Below, in pieces: positions 1 to 45,894 of a stretch of 64,000 nt of DNA. A program made the translations under genes and the position numbers. The notes below the pieces were generated by a model. That model was not told where the DNA came from and searched no databases. It saw only the letters and a program-made list of their open reading frames with translations. Origin of the DNA: Tubulanus polymorphus (lineage: Eukaryota > Animalia > Nemertea); assembly GCF_964204645.1 (NCBI RefSeq), contig NC_134033.1, forward strand, positions 2,066,131 to 2,130,130, read 5' to 3'. How positions within the stretch are numbered: the stretch's first letter is position 1; every line of letters starts with the position of its first letter.

Positions 1-270
1 AAATGTCTCAGGTGAAGCACTGAACACATGTGAAGTGTGGACGATCAGTTTTTGAAAGTGTGCTGATAAAATGTTTAATGTCTAGTGTTTGTAGTTCATT
101 TTCAATTAGAAATGTCTCAGGTGAAGCACTGAACACATGTGAATTGTGGACGATCAGTTTTTGGAAATAAAATGTCTAAATATTCTGGTGTTTGTAGTTA
201 CAGGTAATTTTCAATCAAAAAAAGTCTGAAGTGAAGTTATGAACTGTATGTGAAGTGTGGTTTTTGAAAG
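1..270 (+). repeat. ~110-bp tandem repeat (~2.5 copies); inverted homologue at 24863-25160
   Basis: aaatgtctcaggtgaagcactgaacacatgtgaa at 1 and 111; reverse-complement copies in ATP11 intron 8. Confidence 0.85.
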
Positions 271-665
271 TGACGATAAAAAAATGTCGGAATGGTAACG
301 ACAGTCTGGAGGGGTACACAGTCCCGGTATAGAAGGCTGCTAATTGATATTATCGTCTATAAGCGGAGATTTTCTGGAATTGAACAGTTTGCCGGAGTGA
401 ACCTCCGAGGGGGAGGAGAATTGTGAACAGAACTCCAAGCAGCCCGAGGCCGGAATTGATAAATTACAGAAATAAAACAGAAAGATTTGATACATCTACT
501 ACACCTACTACATGTCTACAGACCCTGATTAAATTCGTACAAGAATAAATAATAACCTAATTAATATTCAACGTGTGCTAATTACATCGATCAAAAAGTG
601 CTCGGGGCCACAGTCGCTCAAAGGTTGGTTGAACCAGCATGTCAATTTGATCATTTATCAGTTAA

Positions 666-940
666 CTCTTTTAGTGGTAATTAAAACCCGAAAGTGCTGG
701 AGATAATTCAAAATTTCAAAAAATTTCACCCCAGTGCGTTGAATAACAGCATACCACAATAGTGTGTCTACACCGTGGTGCGGTGTATCATTAGTTACTA
801 TTATTTCAATATGTTTGACAGGTGCTGACATTTTTTAATAGAGGTGAAAACTAATAACATCAATACACCACAATGCAGTGTATTAGCAAAGTCCATTATT
901 GATTTATACACCGCACTGCGGTGTAGATGCACTGAAAGGG
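666..940. mobile_element. piggyBac-like MITE copy (TTAA-flanked)
   Basis: TTAA on both sides; right TIR GCACTGAAAGGG; homologous to 3508-3785. Confidence 0.75.
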
Positions 941-3507
941 TTAAGCATCATCCAGTTTCATGAGTTAGGGTTAACTATGAGCTGAATATTCAATGAGTTA
1001 ACTATGATTCACATCCAAGTTAACTCTTAACTCACAACTGTGGAACTGGATACAGGGTAATACTGAAACCCTGCAGCCAATCCGCTAGTTTCACAGTTGT
1101 GAATTTAAATTTGAGTTAACACATGAACTGATTTCAGCCTAACCTCACAACTGTGGAACCAGATTCAGAGTAGCATTATTGATTTGTGAATAGTTAAATC
1201 AAAAATGCATCGTAACCTTGCAATTTCGATTCAACATATTATGCACTACCAACTTTTGAGCGACTGACCCCCGGGCGACTATTTACATGAGCAAATTTGG
1301 CGATAATAATAATAATAATAATAATAAAACTAAATATCATTAAACAAAAACAGTGGTGAAAAATAGTAAATAAATTATTTTGTACAGTATCGATACAAGA
1401 TATGGAAAATTTGTGGCATTTTAAAGAAATTGAAATTCGATGACACTTACGAAGTTTATATTTGAATTCAAATCGATAACTAAAGTTATGACGACGATTA
1501 AATTTCGACAGTTAAGAAATTCAAATTCAAAATAGATGACAGTTAAGAAATTCAAATTCAAAATAGATGACAGTTAAGAAGTTTAGATTTGATATGACAG
1601 TTAAGAGTGCCTGGTGCTAGCTGTGCGAAATGTTGACCCAATACATTTCAGCACCAGCGAAACCTTTTCCGATCTGGAGGTTGACACTTTTACCTCGAAT
1701 TCAATTCAGATTCCGACTCAGCAATATTTGACTTCTAACAGAATTAAACTAATTAATCTTAACTATTTCGTACTCTGGATCCAGTTCCATAGTTTTGAGC
1801 CGAGATTTGGCTGTTCAATCAAAATAAGTTCCATTTTTCAACTAACAACAATTAAACCGTTCAAACTGTTTCTTGACTTTAATCTCAGCTCTAATCAACG
1901 AACACCTTCTAAAAACTAAGGTTTTATCTTCTTCATTACAAATCAAATTTTTTCAATGACTAAAATTAAACCACCAAATTCAATTACTAATAATTAGTTA
2001 ATTAGCACTATTCTAGTTAATTGTCAGCAGCTTTGTTACGTAATTAGGCGTCTTTGTTAATTACATTTTCTCGATGAACTCTTAACGACTGAATTCTCAC
2101 TATATTTACACGCTCATGCACGACCCTGGATAACTTTCCTCGAAGCCCCAGACTAAAACCCCGGGCCCCGGTTTCATAATTACAGACACAGGCTGTGGGT
2201 TTCACGAGACTTAAATCAATTCGATTTTTTTCATCAAATTCACAGAATCGAACGTCTAAATAAAACAAGCTCCGGGAATCATGTCAATCCGGAGACCACG
2301 AGGAAAAATGGCTGCTGCAGGTTTGAAGTTACCAGCTTCCAGCTTCGGCAGGCCCAATCTAGCCAAGTCTGTGTGCGTATACCAACTTAAACCTAAGGTC
2401 ACAGAAATGTTTTCAACCGCCCAAGATTTCTTTGGCTATGGGGATTGATTTTCGAAATAACTAGCTTAAAACTAAAGACCATTTATAACAAGTCTACGCA
2501 TGAATACCGTTTTGACCATAGATAAGTAAATATATACCCAAGGGCAGCTGCTCATAAGTTAGTTACAGTAAACCAGTGGATAGTTGACAGTGACAATTAA
2601 AAGTTCTACGGTATTTATCCGCCGGTTATCTTTAACAAACTTTCGAGCAATGCAGCCCATGACCATCACAACTATAGTTATCATAGCTATCATACATTAG
2701 TTACCTCAGATACAAAAATGTTCACGCAATACTTTTGACGATTTTTTCGTTGTAAAATTAGAAAAAACATTTTCACTTTCTATCACAAACAGCAAGCGAG
2801 CCTTTTATACTATATTTACCAGAAACTGAAAGAGCTTTCGGTATTTGAATCACGGATTTTCAACAAATTGACCGCGACAGTGGCAAACCAGAGCCCCAGT
2901 GGCAAACCAGATGGTCCCACAGTGGCAAATAAGAGAGCCCAACAGTGGCAAACCGGATGGTCCCACAGTGACAGGGATGCCACAGTATAAGACAACCCCG
3001 TAGTTGCAGAGCCCCACGATGGCAGAGAATACCAAAATTGGTGGGTGTTACAATAATGATACACCACAGTGACAGACGCCACCATGCTGACAGACAGATG
3101 GCGCCACACTGGCAGACACCTCTGACAGACGGCAATTCGTTTAAAAATCCATGAATATATTATGTATATTCACTGCTAGTAAGTACACAGCACACAGTTC
3201 AAGATTAATAACATTTCTGAGCAGTCTTTTGACCAAACTCAAACCGAGTCATTTCAACCGGCGACTGCCCGAGCCGTATTCATGTATCATCAATTTCAGA
3301 ACGGACGATAATATACGTCTGCCTGGTTCCATATACAACACTATCTACAATTTACACGTCAATAGAACAGCGCAGCTGAACTACAGAGAGCAGACTGACC
3401 GACCCAGCTTCACAATTACCGGGTTAAATCCTAGTCGAATCATTCGACATAAACCCGAGAGAACTGCGGACGCACCGTCTGGACCAGTTCCACAGTTATG
3501 GGCTTAA

Positions 3508-3785
3508 CCCTTTCAGTGCTGACTAGTTAATACCCTATAGTGCTGGAGATAATTTGAAAATTTTTAAAAATTCCACCCTAGTGTGTTGAATAACAGGAAT
3601 ACCACTATAGTGTCTACACTGCAACGCGGTGTATCGTTAGTTACTAGTATTTCACTATGTCTGACAAGTGCCGCCATTATCAAGAGAGATAATTACTAAT
3701 TACATCAATACACCGCAGTGCGATGTACTAGCAAAATCCATCACTGATTTATACACCGCACTGCGGTGTAGACGCACTGAAAGGG
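3508..3785. mobile_element. piggyBac-like MITE, 278 bp, TIR CCCTTTCAGTGC, TTAA TSD
   Basis: TTAA|CCCTTTCAGTGC ... GCACTGAAAGGG|TTAA. Other copies at 25419-25696, ~27040-27290, 35081-35625 (tandem pair), 39407-39745 (inverted) and 63527-63563 (fragment). Confidence 0.9.
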
Positions 3786-4640
3786 TTAATTAGACTCAAC
3801 AGTTCATTTTCAAATTTTCCTCGACGCAATTCGAACGTGAACTAGTGACCGCTTCCAAAGTTGAGACTTAAGATAAAACCAGTCCAAGCTCTTTTTGGTC
3901 CTATAATATTAGACCTACATCAATTAAGACCAGTCTCTTATCGACTGTGGAGGGACCGTTAGGTCCTACGTTACATATTGTCTTTTCACAAAAAACGACG
4001 AAAAAATTTACAGCCGCGAATGAAATTTACACAAATCTAAAAATTCAACATTTAAATAAACAATGTTATGATATAACCTATAATTACAATAATATTGATA
4101 AATTTAATATTCGATGATAGTGTTTCGCGTACAAAACACTTTCTAACGACGGATTGGCAAGAGAGGAGGGGAAACTAGGTCGAATTTTCGATCTAAACGT
4201 AAATCTAAATATCTAAATTTTCAACGTCAAAAAAAAAACAAACTCGAAAGTATCGTAGTTTTAAATACCGTACAAGCGCACCAAAGATATGACTCTATCG
4301 AAGAAATTTGAGGTAGGGACAAATTTTTTGTTTGCATTTTAAATACATTTCTGCGAATCATACCTTGAACTCTAAAATCTAAATTTACATCAAAGCGTGC
4401 TCATATATATATAAAGCGATTACATATACTGTGATATAAGTATAAAGCGTAGCAAATATATTGGCATTTGACAAAGTTTGACTATCAAAAACTGTTTGAC
4501 TATTTTTATTCACCTGGATAAAAAGGCATTTGACACAGTTCGTTAACGAAAACTTTCGATACAATTGATAAGCAAAGTATTTGATACAATTGGGAACTTT
4601 CAAGGCTACTAGTTTGGCGATCGAGGATTCCATTTATGCA

Positions 4641-4808
4641 AAGTGAGGATCCAGCAGGTGTCATTAACTTGCAGTAGGACATCAACTACTGCAGCAATCG
4701 TGGATTCCACTTGTGACAAGTGAGGATCCACCAGGTGTTGTTAACGTGCAGTAGGACATCAACTACTGCGGCAATCGTGGATTCCACTTGTGGCAAGTGA
4801 GGATCCAC
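4641..4808 (+). repeat. ~77-bp tandem duplication; related segment at 62313-62342
   Basis: aagtgaggatcca...gtggattccacttgtg occurs twice. Confidence 0.8.
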
Positions 4809-5258
4809 CACAAAGTAGTAACTCGATATTCCGCGCTTCAATTTCTAGTACTATTTGAATTCAGGTGTTCAGTATTTCGAACTTCAAAGTTGAAAATTGA
4901 CGATGAACTAATTTCGCCGAAACTGTAAAAACGACTCGTGCGATCACGCGATATGGTCGTAGGATAGCTGATATAGCGCTTCCGCGTCAAAAAAAAAAAA
5001 AACCATTCATCGTCACGCGACGATGTTCTCCTGAAACGCATTTGATACAATTTGAGAGTTTGTGTAACAAAAGCATTCGACGAAGTTCTCTTCAAAAGCA
5101 TTTGATACAGAGTTTGTGTAACAAAAGCATTCGACATCATTACGACGCAATCACAGCTTTAGTTTGCATTGTCCGTGTTGTTTTTCAGAGAGAGAGAAAG
5201 AGAGTATGATATCAGGACCGCGCCCGCCCGCCCGCCCGGCCCGTCTATAAGACGGTGT

Positions 5259-5354
5259 TCAGTCCATTTCGTCGTAGTTGATGAATTTGCCGCTCCACGG
5301 AAGCGAGTTCAGGGGAATTCTTTCAGACCGGTCATGCGGCTCCTGTTGCTCCCA
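5259..5354 (-). CDS. ATP11: Putative distal alternative terminal exon of ATP11 (WEQQEPHDRSERIPLNSLPWSGKFINYDEMD*)
   Basis: tttttatttgtag acceptor; 96-nt open frame in phase 0, matching the exon-25 donor at 15369; GC-rich island in AT-rich surroundings. Confidence 0.5.
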   Translation of the reverse strand, partial: WEQQEPHDRSERIPLNSLPWSGKFINYDEMD

Positions 5355-6438
5355 CTACAAATAAAAATTTCGAAAAAAAAATTAAGAATTACTAATATAA
5401 TACTAAGATTTACGAGATTAAAATTGGAATTAAACTGGTACAGATTACAAACTCTCTACCGGCCGCTCCTATCAGGTTTATAGATTACGCTATTCCAGGT
5501 GCCAGTAGAGAATTCCGGAATCGAAAAGAGACCAATCAAATCAAAACCTGCCTTACGAAGGATCCAGTAAATTTGAATCCGACTGTTCAAAATTCTGGGC
5601 TCAGTTTCTTTTCGATTTTGAGTCGAAATTTTACTCATCTGAAGTCAATCGACAACAGGATCCAGTTCCGCAGTCGCATTGTTGAATTTAGGTCATGAGT
5701 TCAAGTTTGATTTAATTTGCAATGTTCATTTCCAATCTTCAACTCACCTGACGATGATCTCGAGTAAGAGAGTTAAAAACTTTTTATCCTCTGTTTAAAA
5801 TTTTTAATTCTCTGAATAATTTTGTGGGTTTTCCTCTTTTCACTACACATGCGGCTATCCTACTATCAAACTCACAACTACGGAACTTGTTCCCGAGTTA
5901 AAATTCCACCCTCAAATCATCGCAACTCGCCTCAGAAAGATTAAACTAGTTTCGACTTAATTTACTGAACATATTTCATCAATATCAAAATAGATGTAAA
6001 ATGATTAATTTCTTTTCAGAAATCACGAAAAATTAAGATCAAATCGAATCGACAGTTAAAAACTACCACTAATAACTAATCTACGAGGTTAATCAACATT
6101 AATCGGTAATTAGGAATAGTTAATTACGAATATTAATTAACCGAAGCGTCAATCATTATCCAATCAAAGCGTATAAAAGCGTTTTCAGAATTATTCGTGC
6201 AAAAAAAAAACGGTTAAGAAAAGTCGAAAAGGAAAACTCGACTCTGAAACGTTGTTGAAAGCTTGTTTTAAAAAACGGGGGTCGGGGGATCACGCACACA
6301 CGGTGAAATGAAGGTTGAAACAGTCGTGCATCGAGGAGGTTCTGAGGTGTTAATTGAAATCACGATCTCGTAAAGACCCAAACAAAAGTGGACCGAAAAT
6401 TGAAATCAGTTTGAGTCAAGTTCGAAATATCTAATAAA

Positions 6439-6681
6439 GGATAATAAGATAGAAACCCACTATCTACAGATTAAAAGAATTCAAAAACAAGAAATTTATT
6501 CATTCGAACAATCTAAAATATATAAAATATTTTAGATTGTATTTTAGATTGTATATATATATTTTAGATTGTAGATTTTATATATTTTAAATTGTATATA
6601 TTTTAGATTTAGAATTAATAGATTTCTTGTTTTTAAATTCTTTTGATTTGTAGATAGTGTCGGGTTTTTATCTTATTATCC
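6439..6681. mobile_element. Foldback (palindromic) element, ~240 bp
   Basis: GGATAATAAGATAGAAACCC... at the left end pairs with ...GGGTTTTTATCTTATTATCC at the right end over ~70-90 bp. Confidence 0.75.
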
Positions 6682-8767
6682 GTTCACCACGTTTGAGTGT
6701 GGCTATCGTTCTATCTCATAAAGGAATTTGTCTCTACTCTTCTTAAGTTCTAACAGCGATGAAGCGCGATTTCTCGAAAATCTAGGCGACGAAAAAGGTA
6801 TCGACCTAAAAATCGGAAAAATGTCGCCTCGTTACTACGCAAACTGTAACTTGTAACAAATTTCTGCTAATTCTAAATTATTGCCGCATCTAAGATGAGC
6901 GTAAATTTAAATCCGGCGAAATTACGAGAAAACATTTTCTCTACGTAACCACAGCAAAATATTTGCGTTTCTAATTGAAAGTAATATCGGATTATGGCTG
7001 ATGGCTTTAGGTGTGACAAAAATTCAAAATCGATTAACGATTTCATTTATCATATCATTTTGTTTGGTTATTCGTACAGCAGCGAGTAAAGCGTCCATAT
7101 TTTCTCTTCCCAGGGGGCGAGGGCGGGGATACAGTCTTATGCCGGTGTACTTTTCAATCATTTAGTTTCGGCCGAAAATTTGCCCTAAACCTCGATAGGT
7201 TTTTTTTCTTCGTAATTGCACGTCTTTTCTTCAATTACAGCCAGTCACTTGAATTTACGTTAAAACCATTTGTACATAAAACTGAAGCCCCCGCCCCCAA
7301 AAAACGTGACGTAATTCTGAGGCTGATCTTTTGTATGTATTAAATAAATATTATCATTTAGAAGAAAAAAAAGTGAGGAAAAAATGTCTACCTGTCGCAC
7401 GCGTGGAGTAAAAATAAACTAGTTTTACAATGAAGTATCGGTTCTAGTGACTGAATGTAAAGATACCGATTCAGTCAGTAGAGACGTCGACTCTGAGAAC
7501 ACCTACAAATAGTTTATAAACGACCACATATTTAACAAACCCTTCCGCGAAAAGATCGATATTCCCCCAACGATATCATCGTGATAATATTCCCGTCTAC
7601 GCGGATTTATACGGAGGGCGCCATCGACCAAATCGCTGTAAGCAATTTGATGATGTCATAGGGGGATAAATACATGAATAAATTTTTTCTAGAATGGTCT
7701 ATAAATCAAATGACTATAAGAAGTTAGATGACGTCATAGGGGGATTCAACTAGGCAGCCATCTTTTCCTGCAAGGTCTATATCTACCTCGTAATTAGTGA
7801 TGTCATAGGGGGATCTGCGGAGGCAGCCATCTTTTCACGAAAGGTCTTGAGGGTTAATTTGATAAGAGCTCGGGTTAATTCGGTGATATCGTAAGGCGAG
7901 GCAGCCATTTCCGCCGGACAGGTCGATTATAAGTGATGTCATAGGGGGATTTATGCGGAGGCGGCCATCTTTTCTGGAAGAGTCTGTAACGTCACGAATG
8001 ATTTACCTTCAAGATCCCTCGAGTTCGATAGGAACAACTCTACACTGATGATAGTCAACAACAAAATAGTTTAGTGACCGTAGGTCATTTTAGGGGTTTA
8101 GGCTGCAATTATTACGATTTTTGGCGTTTCAACGCAACACAACATTTAATAAAAGTGCAAGACAAAAAACTTAAACAATTTTGCAAAACGCTGAAAAAGA
8201 TTTCGAATTTCATCAGTGAATCGCAAAACAAACAACGAACATTTAAACGGAAAATAATTACGAAATTATTTTTTAACGAAACGTGTGAAAAACGGCGACG
8301 ACAGCGACGTCCGACGCGTGCGTGAAAAACAGTAGCAGACGGACTCGACGATATCTAGATAAAATTGAAAACTCGACCGACTGAAATGTGGATACGGTAT
8401 CGCGAGAAAATCCGAATCGAATTCTTATCATTTCGGGATGATAAACGCACGTTCTAATAAACGGCGTCGAAATATCTATCGCGCAAACAAAAATGCCGCG
8501 CATAATTTATCATCCTCGAAAAGAGTCTAACTCTAAACCTGACAGAATTTTTACGGTTTCCATCTACGAAAGCAAATAGTTCTACGTCCCCTAGCCGGTC
8601 AAAATTACCGTTTAAAGGAAAAATTCATTTCTTGCGGTTTGTGAATTTAGGCAGATTGGATTCTGTGCAAAAAAATATCAACAAAAAATAAAAATATCCT
8701 ACAAACAATTAGAAAATTAGCGTTAAATCAGGCAGGTAGAATAGTGTTGTGATATAGGATTACACAT

Positions 8768-9094
8768 ATAGGGCAGTCCCAAAAAAGCGAACTGCTTCTT
8801 GATGAGTATTTTCCCGGCAATCTAGCGAAATAGCTAAGAAATCGGTCTTAGATTCTACGAGTATTCTCAAATTCAATAAAGCATGTCATAGAATGCGGTA
8901 TAACTATAGATAAAGGTACTCGCAATGCATATTTTGACATGCTGTATTGAATTTGAGATTACTCACAGAATTTAAGACGGATTTCTTAGTGATTTTGCAT
9001 ACTTGTTGACAATACGCTACGGTTATGCCGTAGACTGTTCTCTATCACTGAGAAAATACTTGAAATGCGGTTCACTTTTTCAGGATTGCTGTTA
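8768..9094. mobile_element. Foldback MITE, Tc1/mariner-like (TA-flanked)
   Basis: Imperfect TIRs (tagggcagtcccaaaaaagcgaactgc / gcggttcactttttcaggattgctgtta) and a long internal palindrome (~8833-8992). Confidence 0.65.
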
Positions 9095-11032
9095 TATTAA
9101 CGTACACATAATAGTAATGATATATAGACGTCTTGGTTTTTAAAGACTGGGTTGAAAACCATAACCCCGAGGGGAGGCTTACACGGGTGATGTGAAAATC
9201 ATGTATACCATGGTGACGAGGGTACAGTTCCACAGTCGTAGGTTGAATTCAAATTAGGCTCATCTTCAATTCAAAGTCAAGTTTAACCAGTATCTGCGAA
9301 ACTGGGTCTCGAATTATCAGTTCAAGATGGGTTAAAAGCCACGGTCCGGTTCTACAGTTACGGTTCGAATTTAACAGTTATGAAGTTCAAACTTGATTCA
9401 AATTTCAAACTCGTTAACTGTGGAACTGGATGCGTCCAGGAAGGTTAGATTTAGTAAGTGTAACAGACAGTCTTGTGGATATAGGTTTGATAATGTCTAA
9501 TGATACTTCATTGAAGCCATGCCATTATTTACTGCATTGAAACCATGCGTGATGAATTTTAAAAACAAAACCCAATCGGTGGTTGGTAATGTTTTTAGCA
9601 TGAATATAATGCCTTTAAGTGATGATTTGTTGATTTTATTTTTCATACCACGTGCAGAGTTAACAGTGGCCTAGATATATGAATCAAATTCAAATTCAAA
9701 TGCAATGAAGGGGCAAGTTACGACACAGCGATGGCTTAGATTTAAGACCGGTCCAAGACCGTCTAAGATTTATAGCCAAACTAACGACTTCAGACCAATC
9801 TTATAGATTAAAGACCAGTTTTCGACTTAGCCTTAAAGAACGCATTAAGATCATCTTGGTCTTAAGTCGTTAAGGCTACGTAGAATGAAAACAGACCGGT
9901 CTTAAATCTAAGTCTCTCTACTGTGCTTGGATCAGTTGTGGGCTAAGTTAGACTAATCAAAACAGCCGTACTGGGACCACCTTTACTACAAGCCCGGGGT
10001 CAGTTGCAGAGTCATGACTTAAGTCCTAAAGTGCTCTAAAATCTTAAGACTGGTCTTAATATGTTAGATCGGCTATAGAACTAAGTTGGTCTAAGAACGG
10101 TGTTAAGTCTAAGCCATGACTGTGCAACCGGCCCCTGGGATTAGCCCAATCTTTAGTTCAAGTTAAAACCCCATTCACCGGTTAAAGTGGGCGGATTTAT
10201 TTCTTTAAGTTGTTTTATTTTGATTTTGTGTGAAAACGTGCAGGGAAAAAATAGCTACGGTACAAATCAATCGTGCGTGTGACAAATTCTAACTACGGTA
10301 GGATTTTTTCTACATCGACTCAAAAAATAATCAAAATTAATATATCAAATCAAAAACCTCCCCCCCCCAAAAAAACATTCATGATTAAATTAACCAATTT
10401 TTTTGTGGTATGATTAGTCGAAATTAAGTCAGGCTCTCATTAACCATTCCATAAATAAGAATTGATTATCTTATAAATCAAACAGATCTAGAAAACAACG
10501 AACGAGCTATTCTTAAAATTTCTTTGAATATTTTTGCTTCAAATTATTTTCAAAAGTTTTTTTCAGTATTTTTGCTATAAATTCTAAGTAGTTTTTTGTT
10601 TCTTTTCCATGGTTCATATTGCATCCAATCAAATACAAACCAATATTCTATTCATTCTATCGTCCCAAAATATGAAGTAATTCTTATCAAGATCAAGTCG
10701 TTTCAATATTTCTACTCTAAATTTTCAGATTGCTTTTTTGGAAACACAATAAACATATTGCACCTATAGCCACAAGTCAGTCAGTCGGTCGGTTATTAGA
10801 CAGAAAAAGAAAAATACATTTTGATATTCGTTTTGAAACGGTTAGATATGTGTGTACAGTAAAAAAACAAACTGGGATCGTCTATCATAGATATGGACCC
10901 GGTTCCACAGTTGTGAGCTCGAGAGATGACATATTTTCGACGTTTGAACTCCGTGAGTCGAATCTGAACTCACACAACTGCGGAACCGGGTCCACGAGTG
11001 TCGATATTTACGACAGATGTGACAAAAAATAA

Positions 11033-11344
11033 TACAGTAGATTCTTCCTTGAATTCTGTATTTTGAAAATCCATAAGACTTCAGAATAGCAGCTTATAAT
11101 TTGTGGTCAATTTCACCGAGAAATTTTGGGTAGAATTTTACCAGTATAAATTTTACCGCAGTAAGAGAGAGATTCTACTGTATTTCACTAACTCTTACTC
11201 AGCATTCGACACCAACTCTGGGTAGAATTTTACCAGTCTCAACTTTACTCAAGTAAGAGACGCAGAGTTTACTGTATTTCACAAACTCGGTATTTTACTC
11301 GGTATTTTGACCATTTTTGTCCAAAACGGGCGGAGTCTACTGTA
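11033..11344. mobile_element. Tc1/mariner-like MITE (TA|CAGTAGA..TCTACTG|TA) with internal ~80-bp repeats
   Basis: tacagtagattc at the left end, gagtctactgta at the right end; internal duplication of gggtagaattttaccagt. Confidence 0.55.
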
Positions 11345-11599
11345 CATAAATGTATACAAATATATATTTGATTGACACTCACAACACCAATATGGCGTAC
11401 CTAGCAACAGTCGTCGAGCATATCCGTCTGTGAAATCGTTAATTTCCCCGATCTTTTAGTGAACGAAATGAACATATGATCGGTCTGATAGAGCTGAGCC
11501 TGAAAACATTCAATATTCATATCATTCATTAGCAAAAACATATCCAATACTGATATATTCATTAATTACCAGTAAATCTGACTTCGGTGCCGAAGTCCT

Positions 11600-11996
11600 G
11601 GGCCCAGTTGCATAATCGCAAAGTCATCTTGAATCTTAAAACTGATCTTAAGTTGTTTGATTGGTTTTAGAACTAAGATGAGCTTAGACTGGTCTTAAGT
11701 TGTTAGATTGGTTATAGAACCAAAATGAGCTTAGACTGGTCTTAAGTTGTTAGATTGGTTGTAGAACCAAAATGAGCTTAGACTGGTCTTAAGTTGTTAG
11801 ATTGGCTATAGAACCAAAGTGAGTTTAGACTGGTCTTACGTTGTAAGATACGCTATGGAACCAAAATGAGCTTTGACTGGTCTTAAGTTGTAAGATTGGC
11901 TATAGAACCAAAATGAGTTTAGACTGGTCTTAAGTTGTGCTATGAAATTGGCTATAAAATCAAAATGAGCACAAACTGGTCTTCAATTTGCAACTG
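11600..11996. repeat. 47-bp tandem array (~7 copies) inside a family-A MITE
   Basis: Unit tagactggtcttaagttgttagattggttatagaaccaaaatgagct, between gggcccagttgca and tgcaactg. Also arrayed in reverse at 41040-41397 and 43590-43950. Confidence 0.9.
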
Positions 11997-12964
11997 TTTA
12001 ACCAGATCCAGAACTTGACACAAAACATAACGAAAAACCTGAAAAAAAAACAGAATTAGATTTTTATCATTTCAAGAGAACATATTATTACATTGACACT
12101 CAGTGTGAAAGAACTATGAATCTATTTTTTTCATTTTTTCTCTAAGATAGACTGTGATTTTATCCTAATGAACTAAAGAAACAAAGGTAGTCATATTTTG
12201 TGTACATGACTCCCCTTCAAATGATCCCCAGCCATCAGAAAAGTGAATAAAGTACCGATTCCTAAATGAAACTGATCCTCAATTCATCATTAAGATTTAC
12301 TTGGAAACTTCTCTGGTCTAAAAAAAAGTCTAGTTTGGTCTCCCTAATTTTCTTTTAAAATAGATTTCCACCAAGTTAGAGAAAAAGATACATTTAAAAG
12401 ATCAGTGAACATTATAGACTGGATAGTTTTTTAGATTGTAGTTGACATCATATCGATGAACTTTCTAAAGTTCTAAAGTGGTGCGTGTCATACAAGTTGT
12501 GTCGGCTACAAGAGAAGACAAATAGTTCGGTGCTGAGGAGTTCAAATCACCAGAACAAAGTTAAATTTTTTTGCATTCGACGGAATGAGTTGAATTTGTT
12601 TTAATGAAGGTTTGATTGAACTGTTCAGTTTGTGTATAAGTATAAACAGAAGTCGCACAGACTAGTTCAGTTACATTTGCCTGTATAAACCAGGCTTTCA
12701 ACGCAAGCAGACGGACCCGGAATCAAACTTACAAATCAGGGTCTGCAGTTGCTCAAAAATTGCTTAAAGATAACCAGCAGATAAATACCATAGAAACAAT
12801 GATCTTTTTGATTGTCATTATGTCAACTATCCACTGGTTAACTCTAACCAACTTTTGAGCAACTGCAGCCCTAGAATCATATACCAAACTATTTCCCGAA
12901 ACCGATTCCCGTTTTCAAAGTTCTTTCACACGCGTGCAGTGTAAAAATGATGTCAAAAACCTGG

Positions 12965-45894
<32,930 letters not shown>

